Below, piece after piece: positions 24,042-31,364 of a stretch of 40,827 nucleotides of DNA. The notes beneath the pieces were generated by a model. It was not told the DNA's origin. It ran no database searches and saw nothing but the letters and a program-made list of their open reading frames with translations. The stretch spans positions 1 to 40,827 of the IMG/VR virus record IMGVR_UViG_3300043640_000296; one strand, 5' to 3'. A program made the position numbers and the translations under genes. How positions within the stretch are numbered: the first letter of the stretch is position 1; every line of letters starts with the position of its first letter. The stretch is from a virus.

Positions 24042-24116
24042 TGGTGCCCAAGGAAGGAGTCGAACCCACAACCAACTGCTTACAAAGCAGCTGCACTACC
24101 ATTGTGCTACTTGGGC
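24042..24116 (-). tRNA. tRNA-Thr (UGU), CCA encoded
   Basis: Acceptor GCCCAAG/CTTGGGC, D arm GCAC/GTGC, anticodon stem GCTGC/GCAGT with loop TTTGTAA. The T arm GTGGG-TTCGACT-CCTTC has one U:U mismatch and one G.U pair. Confidence 0.75.
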
Positions 24117-24379
24117 TATTTTCTTTTTTGATCAAACATTTTGTGATTCTTCCACCATTCTTGAATATCAAAAGGTAGACGACTTATCAATCCTGTTCCA
24201 TCAACAAATTTACCGGCTTCTAATATAGTTAATATTTGACATAACATATCCGTTACATGATCTGTTTTGGTTTTATAAATATCAGCTTCAACAGCTAATA
24301 TAGTTATATTCTTTATCGCTATATCTTTTATATTTTTCATCGTTAAAGGTAACTCTTCTCTATAATCAGTACATGGCAT
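24116..24379 (-). CDS. Hypothetical protein (87 aa)
   Basis: ORF in the chain. Its start overlaps the stop of the phosphoesterase gene. Confidence 0.55.
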   Translation of the reverse strand: MPCTDYREELPLTMKNIKDIAIKNITILAVEADIYKTKTDHVTDMLCQILTILEAGKFVDGTGLISRLPFDIQEWWKNHKMFDQKRK

Positions 24380-24933
24380 TACAAAAATTCCTTTACTCTA
24401 GCTCTTATAATATCTGCATTGATCGGTGTTAAATTATTTTGTTCGCATGAGACATTAAAATAATTTTCATCTTTAATTTCCATTCTTCCTATTTTACTCA
24501 TAGAGCCTGTTTCATATGGAACCCACATCATTATATTTTTACTATGCAAATGCCCATGCACATTCATAAAACAGCGGCTACCCAAACTATCAGGATGGAC
24601 TGGAACATGACTTAAAATGCAATGTTCCCAAAATATAGTGCCATGCAGTTTATCAAAATGGTGAAAATACTCACTAGCAGGGTACGTATCGTGATTTCCC
24701 AGAATAAGACGTTTAGACCCCTTGAGACGAGCAGCCAATCCAATATTATCTTTACCGAAACAAAAATCACCAAGGTGATACACGCGATCTTTTGCACCGA
24801 CCACATTATTCCAATTATTGATAAGCTGCTCATTCATTTCTTCCACGGTCGCAAAGGGCCGATGTTCTTTCTCATATTCTAAAATATTCTTATGCCCAAA
24901 ATGGGTATCAGCGATAAACCAGGTTTCAGACAT
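24379..24933 (-). CDS. Metallophosphoesterase (calcineurin-like)
   Basis: 184 aa carrying the full motif set: DTHFGH, HLGDF, GNHD, HGHLH. Confidence 0.85.
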   Translation of the reverse strand: MSETWFIADTHFGHKNILEYEKEHRPFATVEEMNEQLINNWNNVVGAKDRVYHLGDFCFGKDNIGLAARLKGSKRLILGNHDTYPASEYFHHFDKLHGTIFWEHCILSHVPVHPDSLGSRCFMNVHGHLHSKNIMMWVPYETGSMSKIGRMEIKDENYFNVSCEQNNLTPINADIIRARVKEFL

Positions 24934-25187
24934 TAGTTAAATCCATCAATAAATCTTTTCATAGAAGAATAATCATCAACAGTTAGAATCAATAAAGCAC
25001 AAGCTTCAGATGACTGAATAGTCTCTGGATGTTTTGCTAGATCACATATCATAGTAGTTGCGGCATTAATAAACGCCTTATCAGGCTGAGATAATTTATT
25101 TCCACAAATATCAAAATTATATTGTTTATATGCATTTTCTTTACAATATTGAAGATATTCATCTCTGTTCATTTCTGCTTTATTCAT
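24933..25187 (-). CDS. Hypothetical protein (84 aa)
   Basis: ORF bridging the RNA ligase and phosphoesterase genes, overlapping both ends. Confidence 0.55.
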   Translation of the reverse strand: MNKAEMNRDEYLQYCKENAYKQYNFDICGNKLSQPDKAFINAATTMICDLAKHPETIQSSEACALLILTVDDYSSMKRFIDGFN

Positions 25188-26007
25188 TGTATGCGCTCAT
25201 TATAGATTTAATAAAAAAGTAGATCTGCCTACCAAGTGCTTTCTTCTCAAGTCGCAATTCATCATCATTCGTTGCTTTGAACTGCTTTTCGTCTTCCAAG
25301 TCCTGCACGTAACCAGAGCAAATACTACTAATCGATGCAGGGTAATCCCTAATATATTTTTCATCACGAGAAAGCAGCTTCTCAAGACGCAAGGGCTGCA
25401 ATAAATGCGACACATCCATCTCTTGTTTGTCACAAACTCTCTTCGTTTTTTCATTCCACTTTACTTCTTCGAGATCAAAGACATTCTTGTAGAATTGTCC
25501 ATCCAACTCTACAACAACACCTTCTGGCTTCATAAATCCTGACACAAGGAATGAACCTTCTGTCTTCAACTGTTCCATTGCATTAGTGACTGCATCAAGA
25601 GAAATAGCGCCTTTGTAGAGCACAGGAACAATCGTTACTTGGTCTGGCAACTGTTTGCCTACCCATCTACGCCAATTAAACAGGCACAACGTCTTCTGCT
25701 TTAATCCTTCACCAGAATTAATACCGGGACCGCACCATTCACCATAATGGCGTCCGGGTCCTAATGTAGCATAAAGATCTAATTGATTTTCCATTACCCA
25801 TTTACAAAAACCATAATTATCATCTTCAATAGTCAACCAACGATTTCTCGATCCTGCTTTTATATGAAAATTTGTACCTAAATCTCCGCAATCGATTTCT
25901 TCTATAAGTATTTGCGCATTACTCCCGTGTAGTTTCTGAGTAATACTCATGTAAAGCTTACCAATATGCAGGATCTTTCCAAATGATTTAAATTCTAAAT
26001 CTTCCAT
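25180..26007 (-). CDS. ATP-dependent RNA ligase, T4 Rnl2-like adenylyltransferase domain
   Basis: 275 aa. Motif I QKLHGSN (T4 Rnl2 has EKIHGTN), motif III-like YGEWCGPGI, motif IV EGVVVE, motif V-like FYKNV. Confidence 0.8.
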   Translation of the reverse strand: MEDLEFKSFGKILHIGKLYMSITQKLHGSNAQILIEEIDCGDLGTNFHIKAGSRNRWLTIEDDNYGFCKWVMENQLDLYATLGPGRHYGEWCGPGINSGEGLKQKTLCLFNWRRWVGKQLPDQVTIVPVLYKGAISLDAVTNAMEQLKTEGSFLVSGFMKPEGVVVELDGQFYKNVFDLEEVKWNEKTKRVCDKQEMDVSHLLQPLRLEKLLSRDEKYIRDYPASISSICSGYVQDLEDEKQFKATNDDELRLEKKALGRQIYFFIKSIMSAYNE

Positions 26008-26008
26008 G

Positions 26009-26320
26009 CTATTCCTTTAACTTTTCTTCAATTTCTTTTCTAATAGTAGATAAAATACCGTCTGCAAAACGCATCTTTATATCAAGACTATCTGGTAGAT
26101 TAGATCCTTGAATAAAACTTACAATAGATTCTCTACTAAACATAATAATACAGGCTATTAATAAATCAGCAGATGCCTGGTCATCAAATTTATCAACATT
26201 CGCATAAAGTGTTTCAAATAAATCAGTTAACAATTTCTCCATAATAAGTTGTTTAATTTGTTTCTGCTCTTTATTCAAGAAACTACCCTGCTCAACACTT
26301 ACTTTTATTTCATCTTCCAT
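26009..26320 (-). CDS. Hypothetical protein (103 aa)
   Basis: ORF in the tight co-oriented chain. Confidence 0.55.
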   Translation of the reverse strand: MEDEIKVSVEQGSFLNKEQKQIKQLIMEKLLTDLFETLYANVDKFDDQASADLLIACIIMFSRESIVSFIQGSNLPDSLDIKMRFADGILSTIRKEIEEKLKE

Positions 26321-26626
26321 TTAATTCACCGTACTTTTTGTATTAATAATAGTATTATTACTACTTTTATTCGCTTCAATGACTACAGAATGAAATTGAT
26401 TCATAATTGTGCTAGACAAAATCACACTTGCCAAATCCTTAGTTACTGGATTAGTAAAATTATTAACAATAGTGCCTACAATAGAGGCCGCTATAGAAAT
26501 GAGCGCATTAAATTCATGAGATTCACCTAATCCAAGACTCATCAATTTATCTTCAATCTCTTTACCTAGTGTAGGAATAAACTTACCTAAGATATCCATT
26601 ACAATTTGATTCTTTATGTCATTCAT
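26321..26626 (-). CDS. Hypothetical protein (101 aa)
   Basis: ORF abutting the next gene with no gap. Confidence 0.55.
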   Translation of the reverse strand: MNDIKNQIVMDILGKFIPTLGKEIEDKLMSLGLGESHEFNALISIAASIVGTIVNNFTNPVTKDLASVILSSTIMNQFHSVVIEANKSSNNTIINTKSTVN

Positions 26627-26676
26627 AATAATCCCTTAAAATTAACTATTATTAACCTTAGACAATGGGATGTAAA

Positions 26677-26850
26677 CTAATTTCTGATTGGAATTTCTTT
26701 TAATTTATTCATTACCAACGCTCTTTGACGCATCTTATCTTCAAGCTCTGCAATAATTTCTTCATATTTAACCAACTGTGTTTGGTCACACATTTGATCT
26801 CTTTCTATAAAATTTAGCATTTCCTTAATCCATTTATCTTTTTCAATCAT
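26677..26850 (-). CDS. Coiled-coil protein (57 aa)
   Basis: Start taken at ATG 26850, which overlaps the upstream stop (ATGA). The longer track ORF would overlap by 82 nt. Confidence 0.45.
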   Translation of the reverse strand: MIEKDKWIKEMLNFIERDQMCDQTQLVKYEEIIAELEDKMRQRALVMNKLKEIPIRN

Positions 26851-27179
26851 CTCGGCATCTCTGGTAATTCCATCCAATGCATTACGCTCCACCATGTCGT
26901 CATCCAGCTCACTCCTTCTTTTGCACAAGAACTCATATCATTATATGCCCATTCATTCTTATTAAAATCGTAATGCAGAATCTCTAACCAAGGAAAAGAT
27001 TTACCCATATCATTAGATCGAACCATACATAAATAAGGCTTATAATCTTTAGGTGTCTTCTTGTTCACATCAAACCATTCACCTCCTTTTTTAATACCAC
27101 AAGGCGCACATATATATTCTAACTTCGTTATATGGTGTTTAGTACCACATATAAGACACACATCCTCAAATCCATCCAT
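26847..27179 (-). CDS. Zinc-ribbon plus DUF551-like protein
   Basis: 110 aa. N-terminal CLICG...CAPCG and C-terminal ...W...VMHWMELPEMP, the typical DUF551 ending. Confidence 0.6.
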   Translation of the reverse strand: MDGFEDVCLICGTKHHITKLEYICAPCGIKKGGEWFDVNKKTPKDYKPYLCMVRSNDMGKSFPWLEILHYDFNKNEWAYNDMSSCAKEGVSWMTTWWSVMHWMELPEMPR

Positions 27180-27184
27180 GACTT

Positions 27185-27343
27185 TCAGTCCTCCATTAAC
27201 CCCAACGTCTTTTCTAAAATAACCTGTCTTACCCCTAACATTTCTCTATATCTTCTTAACTCTTCTTCTAATCCTACGATCTTTTGCTGCACACGTTCGA
27301 TATAATCTCGCTGTTCAGTAATCACTTCATTTAAATAACTCAT
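27185..27343 (-). CDS. Coiled-coil protein (52 aa)
   Basis: ATG 27343, SD GGAAAG. Begins MSYLNEVITEQRDYIERVQQKIVGLEEELRRYREML... Below the track cut-off. Confidence 0.45.
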   Translation of the reverse strand: MSYLNEVITEQRDYIERVQQKIVGLEEELRRYREMLGVRQVILEKTLGLMED

Positions 27344-27474
27344 CTTCTACTTTCCTTAATTTCTTCCCACTGATCCATCATTACCTTATAAAAAAACAGA
27401 ATCACATTACCACCCATCATCAATAATATGATCATACTTAATACTAATAACGTAATTCCGAGTATTTCTAACAT
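27340..27474 (-). CDS. Small single-TM peptide (44 aa)
   Basis: ATG 27474, SD GGTGA. Sequence MLEILGITLLVLSMIILLMMGGNVILFFYKVMMDQWEEIKESRR. Its stop overlaps the next ATG (ATGA). Confidence 0.45.
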   Translation of the reverse strand: MLEILGITLLVLSMIILLMMGGNVILFFYKVMMDQWEEIKESRR

Positions 27475-27526
27475 ACTAATTATCACCTATGGCGAATGTC
27501 TCACACATACTGTCATATATATCCTA

Positions 27527-27555
27527 TTGACATCGATATACTTTGATGTTATAAC
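27527..27555 (+). promoter_or_regulatory. Sigma70-like promoter facing antisense to the local genes
   Basis: TTGACA (27527-27532), 17-nt spacer, TATAAC (27550-27555). There is no plus-strand ORF downstream. Confidence 0.3.
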
Positions 27556-27593
27556 AATGTTTGTTGTATAGAGTGTGTTAAAATATATATGAT

Positions 27594-27854
27594 CTATTGT
27601 GTTTTATTTACATAATATTTAAGTATCTTATATTGATCTATTTCTTTAGGAAATGAACTTTCTATTTTTTTTTCTATAAATCGATCTACCTGTTTTTTAA
27701 ACACATCTAAAATGTCATGTTTATTTTTATTACCACTCAAAACATGGATACACATCTGAATTATTAAATCTGCTTCAATCTGTTTTATATTTTCTAAATT
27801 ATTTATTATATTTTCTAAAATATTGTAATTTAATTCTTCAACATTAATTGTCAT
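27594..27854 (-). CDS. Hypothetical protein (86 aa) in an extremely AT-rich island
   Basis: ORF rich in Ile/Asn/Lys. It continues the minus-strand chain. Confidence 0.5.
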   Translation of the reverse strand: MTINVEELNYNILENIINNLENIKQIEADLIIQMCIHVLSGNKNKHDILDVFKKQVDRFIEKKIESSFPKEIDQYKILKYYVNKTQ

Positions 27855-27859
27855 TTTTT

Positions 27860-28023
27860 TTACCTTTTAGATAAATTTTTAATCATATCTCTATATTTTT
27901 CCATAACTTCTTTACTCATTCCTTTTATTTCCCCACTTAATAATTCTTCTTTTTTTTCTTTAAAATTATACTTAATTCTTTTTCTAATTCTAATAACCCT
28001 TCTAAACTAAATTCTTCAAACAT
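27860..28023 (-). pseudogene. ORF interrupted at an A8 tract (indel, pseudogene or -1 slippage site)
   Basis: The first frame gives MFEEFSLEGLLELEKELSIILKKKKKNY then stop. Reading the A8 run (T8 at 27950-27957 on plus) as A9 continues as ..KKKKEELLSGEIKGMSKEVMEKYRDMIKNLSKR. Confidence 0.35.
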
Positions 28024-28184
28024 ATATTTTTCCAAATTTTTAAAATGTGTTTATATACTTCAAGATAATTACTACTTTTCATAATAATGATTATATTGTT
28101 CGGTATAAGCCAGACTTAAGAACCGCTAAAAGACCCGGCTAGATTTGTAGATGCATCGGGAGTGGTCCCCCACCCTCCAAACAC

Positions 28185-28274
28185 TTATCTTATAGTTGAG
28201 ACCAACACTAAAACAAATCCAAGTAATAACGTACTGATGAATAAGGTAAAGAATATTGCTTCTGCTATGATCAT
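28185..28274 (-). CDS. Possible 29-aa hydrophobic peptide
   Basis: ATG 28274, sequence MIIAEAIFFTLFISTLLLGFVLVLVSTIR. It sits just downstream of the promoter-like element at 28308-28336. SD is weak. Confidence 0.3.
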   Translation of the reverse strand: MIIAEAIFFTLFISTLLLGFVLVLVSTIR

Positions 28275-28307
28275 TGTCTTAATCTCTTCATTAGTTAATA
28301 TGTACTC

Positions 28308-28336
28308 ATGATATCAACTAATATATACACTGTCAA
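28308..28336 (-). promoter_or_regulatory. Sigma70-like promoter downstream of terS
   Basis: On the minus strand: TTGACA (28336-28331), 17-nt spacer, TATCAT (28313-28308). Confidence 0.5.
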
Positions 28337-28359
28337 TACATTATTAATACTTACTTACA

Positions 28360-28797
28360 TTAATATTCATCGTATGCTTGCCTTGCATCTTTCAATCTCT
28401 TATGTGTTGTTTCTACATTCACAGTGAATGATTTAGCTGGCGCGTAAGATCCTCTCATCTTGTTAAGCATATCAATGGCTGCTAATGCATGACGATAGTG
28501 TGTACGCTTAATCTCACCTTCTTCAGGCATGATGTCATCTATGATACGTAACAACTTCACAGCCATATCACTTGCTGCACACTTAAGCTCTTCCATCTTT
28601 TCCATTTCAGATCTTTGGTGTGCTTTCAGTATGTGCTCAAAGATAATAGGATGATTAAGTAACTTAGATGCATTAGTACGTGAGTATTGCTCACTGTAAC
28701 CTGATGCAATACCAGCATTGTATGCGTTATAACCAGATTTGATGTAGTTTAATACAAATAATGACTGTCTTTCTGTTAGTTTATCCATTGTGACCAC
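28360..28797 (-). CDS. terS: Terminase small subunit (Terminase_2-like)
   Basis: LTERQSLFVLNYIKSGYNAYNAGIASGYSEQYSRTNASKLLNHPII matches the TerS HTH signature. The track start is GTG; the first ATG is at 28788. Confidence 0.75.
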   Translation of the reverse strand: MVTMDKLTERQSLFVLNYIKSGYNAYNAGIASGYSEQYSRTNASKLLNHPIIFEHILKAHQRSEMEKMEELKCAASDMAVKLLRIIDDIMPEEGEIKRTHYRHALAAIDMLNKMRGSYAPAKSFTVNVETTHKRLKDARQAYDEY

Positions 28798-28862
28798 GCT
28801 TAAAAAGGCGAAAGTAATCTCTCATACATTTCTTGTACTCATTCAACAGTATATACATATCA

Positions 28863-29132
28863 TTACACTGTAGTAGCATTATCAACACGTGTTATTAATG
28901 TATCTAGTATTGGATTAGTATTCTTGCGTCTCTTCTTCTTTTTCTTCTTTAGTATTTGATCATCATTAGTAGTCCATACATGAGTGTTATCAAATGGATT
29001 AAGAATAGGTAATTGAGGTGCATCTGATTCAATGAAACCTATTCCATCACACATAATACACTTAATAATGATTCCACCTAGAGGCGCATAGGTTTTAAGC
29101 CCTCTACACATAGTACATCTGACTAAAGACAT
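28863..29132 (-). CDS. DnaJ-type zinc-finger-like protein with poly-Lys/Arg tract
   Basis: 89 aa with CTMCRG..CIMCDGIGF and KKKKKKRRK. It is the first gene of the leftward operon. Confidence 0.55.
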   Translation of the reverse strand: MSLVRCTMCRGLKTYAPLGGIIIKCIMCDGIGFIESDAPQLPILNPFDNTHVWTTNDDQILKKKKKKRRKNTNPILDTLITRVDNATTV

Positions 29133-29157
29133 GAGTTTATTCCTTATTAATTATCTA

Positions 29158-29186
29158 AGTTTAATCAATAAGACTATATCAATCAA
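29158..29186 (-). promoter_or_regulatory. Candidate leftward promoter
   Basis: On the minus strand: TTGATT (29186-29181), 17-nt spacer, TAAACT (29163-29158). Confidence 0.35.
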
Positions 29187-29225
29187 TGTACTTAGATTAT
29201 CTATTAAATTAGTTATAATATTGTA

Positions 29226-29253
29226 TTGACATAGCTATGACATAGTATATAAT
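29226..29253 (+). promoter_or_regulatory. Near-consensus sigma70 promoter for the rightward small-ORF operon
   Basis: TTGACA (29226-29231), 16-nt spacer, TATAAT (29248-29253). It lies 35 nt upstream of ATG 29289. Confidence 0.6.
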
Positions 29254-29288
29254 GCATCTCATCAACAACAACACAGTGAGATTAAATT

Positions 29289-29438
29289 ATGTTAACAAGC
29301 AATGAACGAATACAACTAGTGACTCACAACATGAAATACCTAAATATTGGTGAATTAAGAGCCCTTGAAGACTATGCACAACATTTACGCTTACAACTAC
29401 AAACTGCTAATTTAGAAGACTTAAAGAGGAGCGCATAA
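29289..29438 (+). CDS. Small early protein (49 aa)
   Basis: First ORF after the promoter. Its stop abuts the next ATG. Confidence 0.4.
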   Translation: MLTSNERIQLVTHNMKYLNIGELRALEDYAQHLRLQLQTANLEDLKRSA

Positions 29439-29582
29439 ATGTACGAAGTAATTAATTATCGTCAAGGTAACGTGCGAGTTGGAATATATAAAACAAGAGA
29501 ATCCGCATCACGTGCGGTTGATCGATTAGATAACAAATATGGTGCATATAGTTATCGAGTACGTTTAATAGAGGTGAAGTAA
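29439..29582 (+). CDS. Small early protein (47 aa)
   Basis: MYEVINYRQGNVRVGIYKTRESASRAVDRLDNKYGAYSYRVRLIEVK. Its stop overlaps the next ATG (TAATG). Confidence 0.45.
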   Translation: MYEVINYRQGNVRVGIYKTRESASRAVDRLDNKYGAYSYRVRLIEVK

Positions 29583-29776
29583 TGAAGATAGTACAAATAC
29601 AAGTACGTAATAAGTTCGGTAACGATAACATCTACTCTGAGTGCCCTACGGGGCGCTTATTCGCTGAATTAACAGGTAAGTGTACCTTTAGTGTTAATGA
29701 CCTTAAGGTGATAGAGAAATTAGGCTTTAAAGTGGATGTAATAAGCGCTAAGCCAGTAATAAAAGGGTTTAACTGA
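29582..29776 (+). CDS. Early protein (64 aa)
   Basis: SD GAGGTG upstream. In the ORF track. Confidence 0.55.
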   Translation: MKIVQIQVRNKFGNDNIYSECPTGRLFAELTGKCTFSVNDLKVIEKLGFKVDVISAKPVIKGFN

Positions 29777-29922
29777 TGAGTGATAAAGAGAAAGTTAAGT
29801 TAGAAGCTGCAATAACAGTAGTTAAAGATAACGTCTTAATAGGTAGATGGAATAGTTTTTATATTGATGGTGAAGAATATGTAATTAAGATCGAGAAGAG
29901 AAATAATTATGAAAACAATTAA
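29776..29922 (+). CDS. Small early protein (48 aa)
   Basis: Its ATG overlaps the upstream TGA. Begins MSDKEKVKLEAAITVVKDNVLIGRWNSFYIDGEEYVIKIEKRN.. Confidence 0.4.
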   Translation: MSDKEKVKLEAAITVVKDNVLIGRWNSFYIDGEEYVIKIEKRNNYENN

Positions 29923-30235
29923 AGAATGGGTACTAGAGAACTATGAGTACGACACAATAGTTAATATTACTAATCATGGGATGGTTTCAGGATTTGGTCA
30001 GCTTGTTTATTACACTGATACGGTTAAGTTCTATGATGAGTTTGAGGTGCAAATATGGGACATGCTATACGAAGATGCAGAAAATGCAGGAATGACTCTC
30101 ATGGAATTAATAGCTTCATTTAATGGACAAAAGAATGTAGGAAGCGGTGATCAATTTAAGAATCTATTGTGTTGGTACGCTGTAGAAGAAGTTGCTAGAC
30201 AAATTGTAGAAGAAAAGGAAAATGAAGATGAGTAA
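29909..30235 (+). CDS. Acidic early protein (108 aa)
   Basis: ORF with a high Asp/Glu content and an EEKENEDE tail. No family recognised. Confidence 0.6.
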   Translation: MKTIKEWVLENYEYDTIVNITNHGMVSGFGQLVYYTDTVKFYDEFEVQIWDMLYEDAENAGMTLMELIASFNGQKNVGSGDQFKNLLCWYAVEEVARQIVEEKENEDE

Positions 30236-30446
30236 ATATTCTGTTTTATTTAAAAGAACTTTAAATGTATTCCATAGTATTGAGGTTGAAGCAGAAAACG
30301 AGCATGAAGCACGAGAAAAAGCCGAGTCAATATCAAGAGATGGTTTTAATATGTCAGATTTTTTATTAGGTATTAATAATGACAATATTCAAGATGAATG
30401 GATTTACGAATTAATACCTATAGATGATCAAAGAGGAATTAAATAG
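30222..30446 (+). CDS. Early protein (74 aa)
   Basis: ORF overlapping its neighbours in the chain. Confidence 0.55.
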   Translation: MKMSKYSVLFKRTLNVFHSIEVEAENEHEAREKAESISRDGFNMSDFLLGINNDNIQDEWIYELIPIDDQRGIK

Positions 30447-30604
30447 TGAAAATCAATAGATATCGTATAGAAACAGGTATGATTTATGAATGGGATAGTA
30501 AAAATAACGCATATATATGTTGTGGTAGCACTTTAGCTTATACAAAGAAAGAATTAAATATCATGAGTAAAGAAATGATAGAAGAATATGAGGATGAACT
30601 ATGA
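30446..30604 (+). CDS. Small early protein (52 aa, GTG start)
   Basis: The GTG overlaps the upstream TAG. SD AAGAGGAA lies 7 nt upstream. Its stop overlaps the next ATG (ATGA). Confidence 0.45.
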   Translation: MKINRYRIETGMIYEWDSKNNAYICCGSTLAYTKKELNIMSKEMIEEYEDEL

Positions 30605-30726
30605 ACACATTAATGTTGATATTTATAGGTGTAATATTGTTCGTTGGATTGGGAAAAATAAGTGATGAATTGATCTCAATAGACTCTCATTTAAGTACAA
30701 TAGAATTTCAAATAATTAAGAGGTGA
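30601..30726 (+). CDS. Small single-TM peptide (41 aa)
   Basis: MNTLMLIFIGVILFVGLGKISDELISIDSHLSTIEFQIIKR. Coupled to the upstream gene by ATGA. Confidence 0.45.
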   Translation: MNTLMLIFIGVILFVGLGKISDELISIDSHLSTIEFQIIKR

Positions 30727-30747
30727 TTAATGTATGGATAAATATTT

Positions 30748-31080
30748 ATGAGTTATTGGTATGAAGTTTACGAATGTGAAAACCCAAAAGAAAGGATAAT
30801 GTACGGCACAATAGCTTTTGTGAAGCATGAAAATATGGCTAAACAATTAGCCCGTTATTATCCAACCTCTAAAGTAAGAATTATCAGACAAACTAACACA
30901 TGGGAATGGGAAGAAAAAGATATGATCGGTAAAAAAGCAGCAAATATAGTTGAGGCATTATTAGATGTAGATTGTGGGCAGGATGTTTATGACGCTTTAT
31001 GCCAAGCACCTACTGAGAATCTAGAAGAGATAGTTAGAATGATTAGTAATATATTGCAAAGAAGGGAGGAAAATAAATGA
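30748..31080 (+). CDS. Early protein (110 aa)
   Basis: ORF in the track. Its stop overlaps the next start. Confidence 0.55.
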   Translation: MSYWYEVYECENPKERIMYGTIAFVKHENMAKQLARYYPTSKVRIIRQTNTWEWEEKDMIGKKAANIVEALLDVDCGQDVYDALCQAPTENLEEIVRMISNILQRREENK

Positions 31081-31364
31081 GTGAATTAACAGATGAACAA
31101 AAAGCAGAAATGTATAAAAAAGCTGATAAAGCTAATTTCACAACGGAAATACAAATAAGAAATGTAGGTGATTCAGATGATATTTATTACTTTAATAAGG
31201 CAAAGAAGCATGTAGGAAGCGGGTTTATTCCCAAAGAAGGCGAACGCAAAGGACATATATGTGTTACACGCTGTCCGGGCTGTGAGCGTGAAAACTATGC
31301 AATGAATGTGCTGAGTGGTTATTGCACATGGTGTCCGTTTAATGCTAATGGGGAAAGTAATTAA
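31077..31364 (+). CDS. Zinc-ribbon protein (95 aa)
   Basis: CVTRCPGC...CTWCP gives four Cys in two CxxC-type pairs. Confidence 0.55.
   Translation: MSELTDEQKAEMYKKADKANFTTEIQIRNVGDSDDIYYFNKAKKHVGSGFIPKEGERKGHICVTRCPGCERENYAMNVLSGYCTWCPFNANGESN

Noticed and set aside
24028-24171. N-terminal 48 codons of track ORF 23737-24171.
   Set aside because: This part simply translates through tRNA-Thr (24042-24116). An SD-led ATG at 24027 gives a sensible 96-aa protein.
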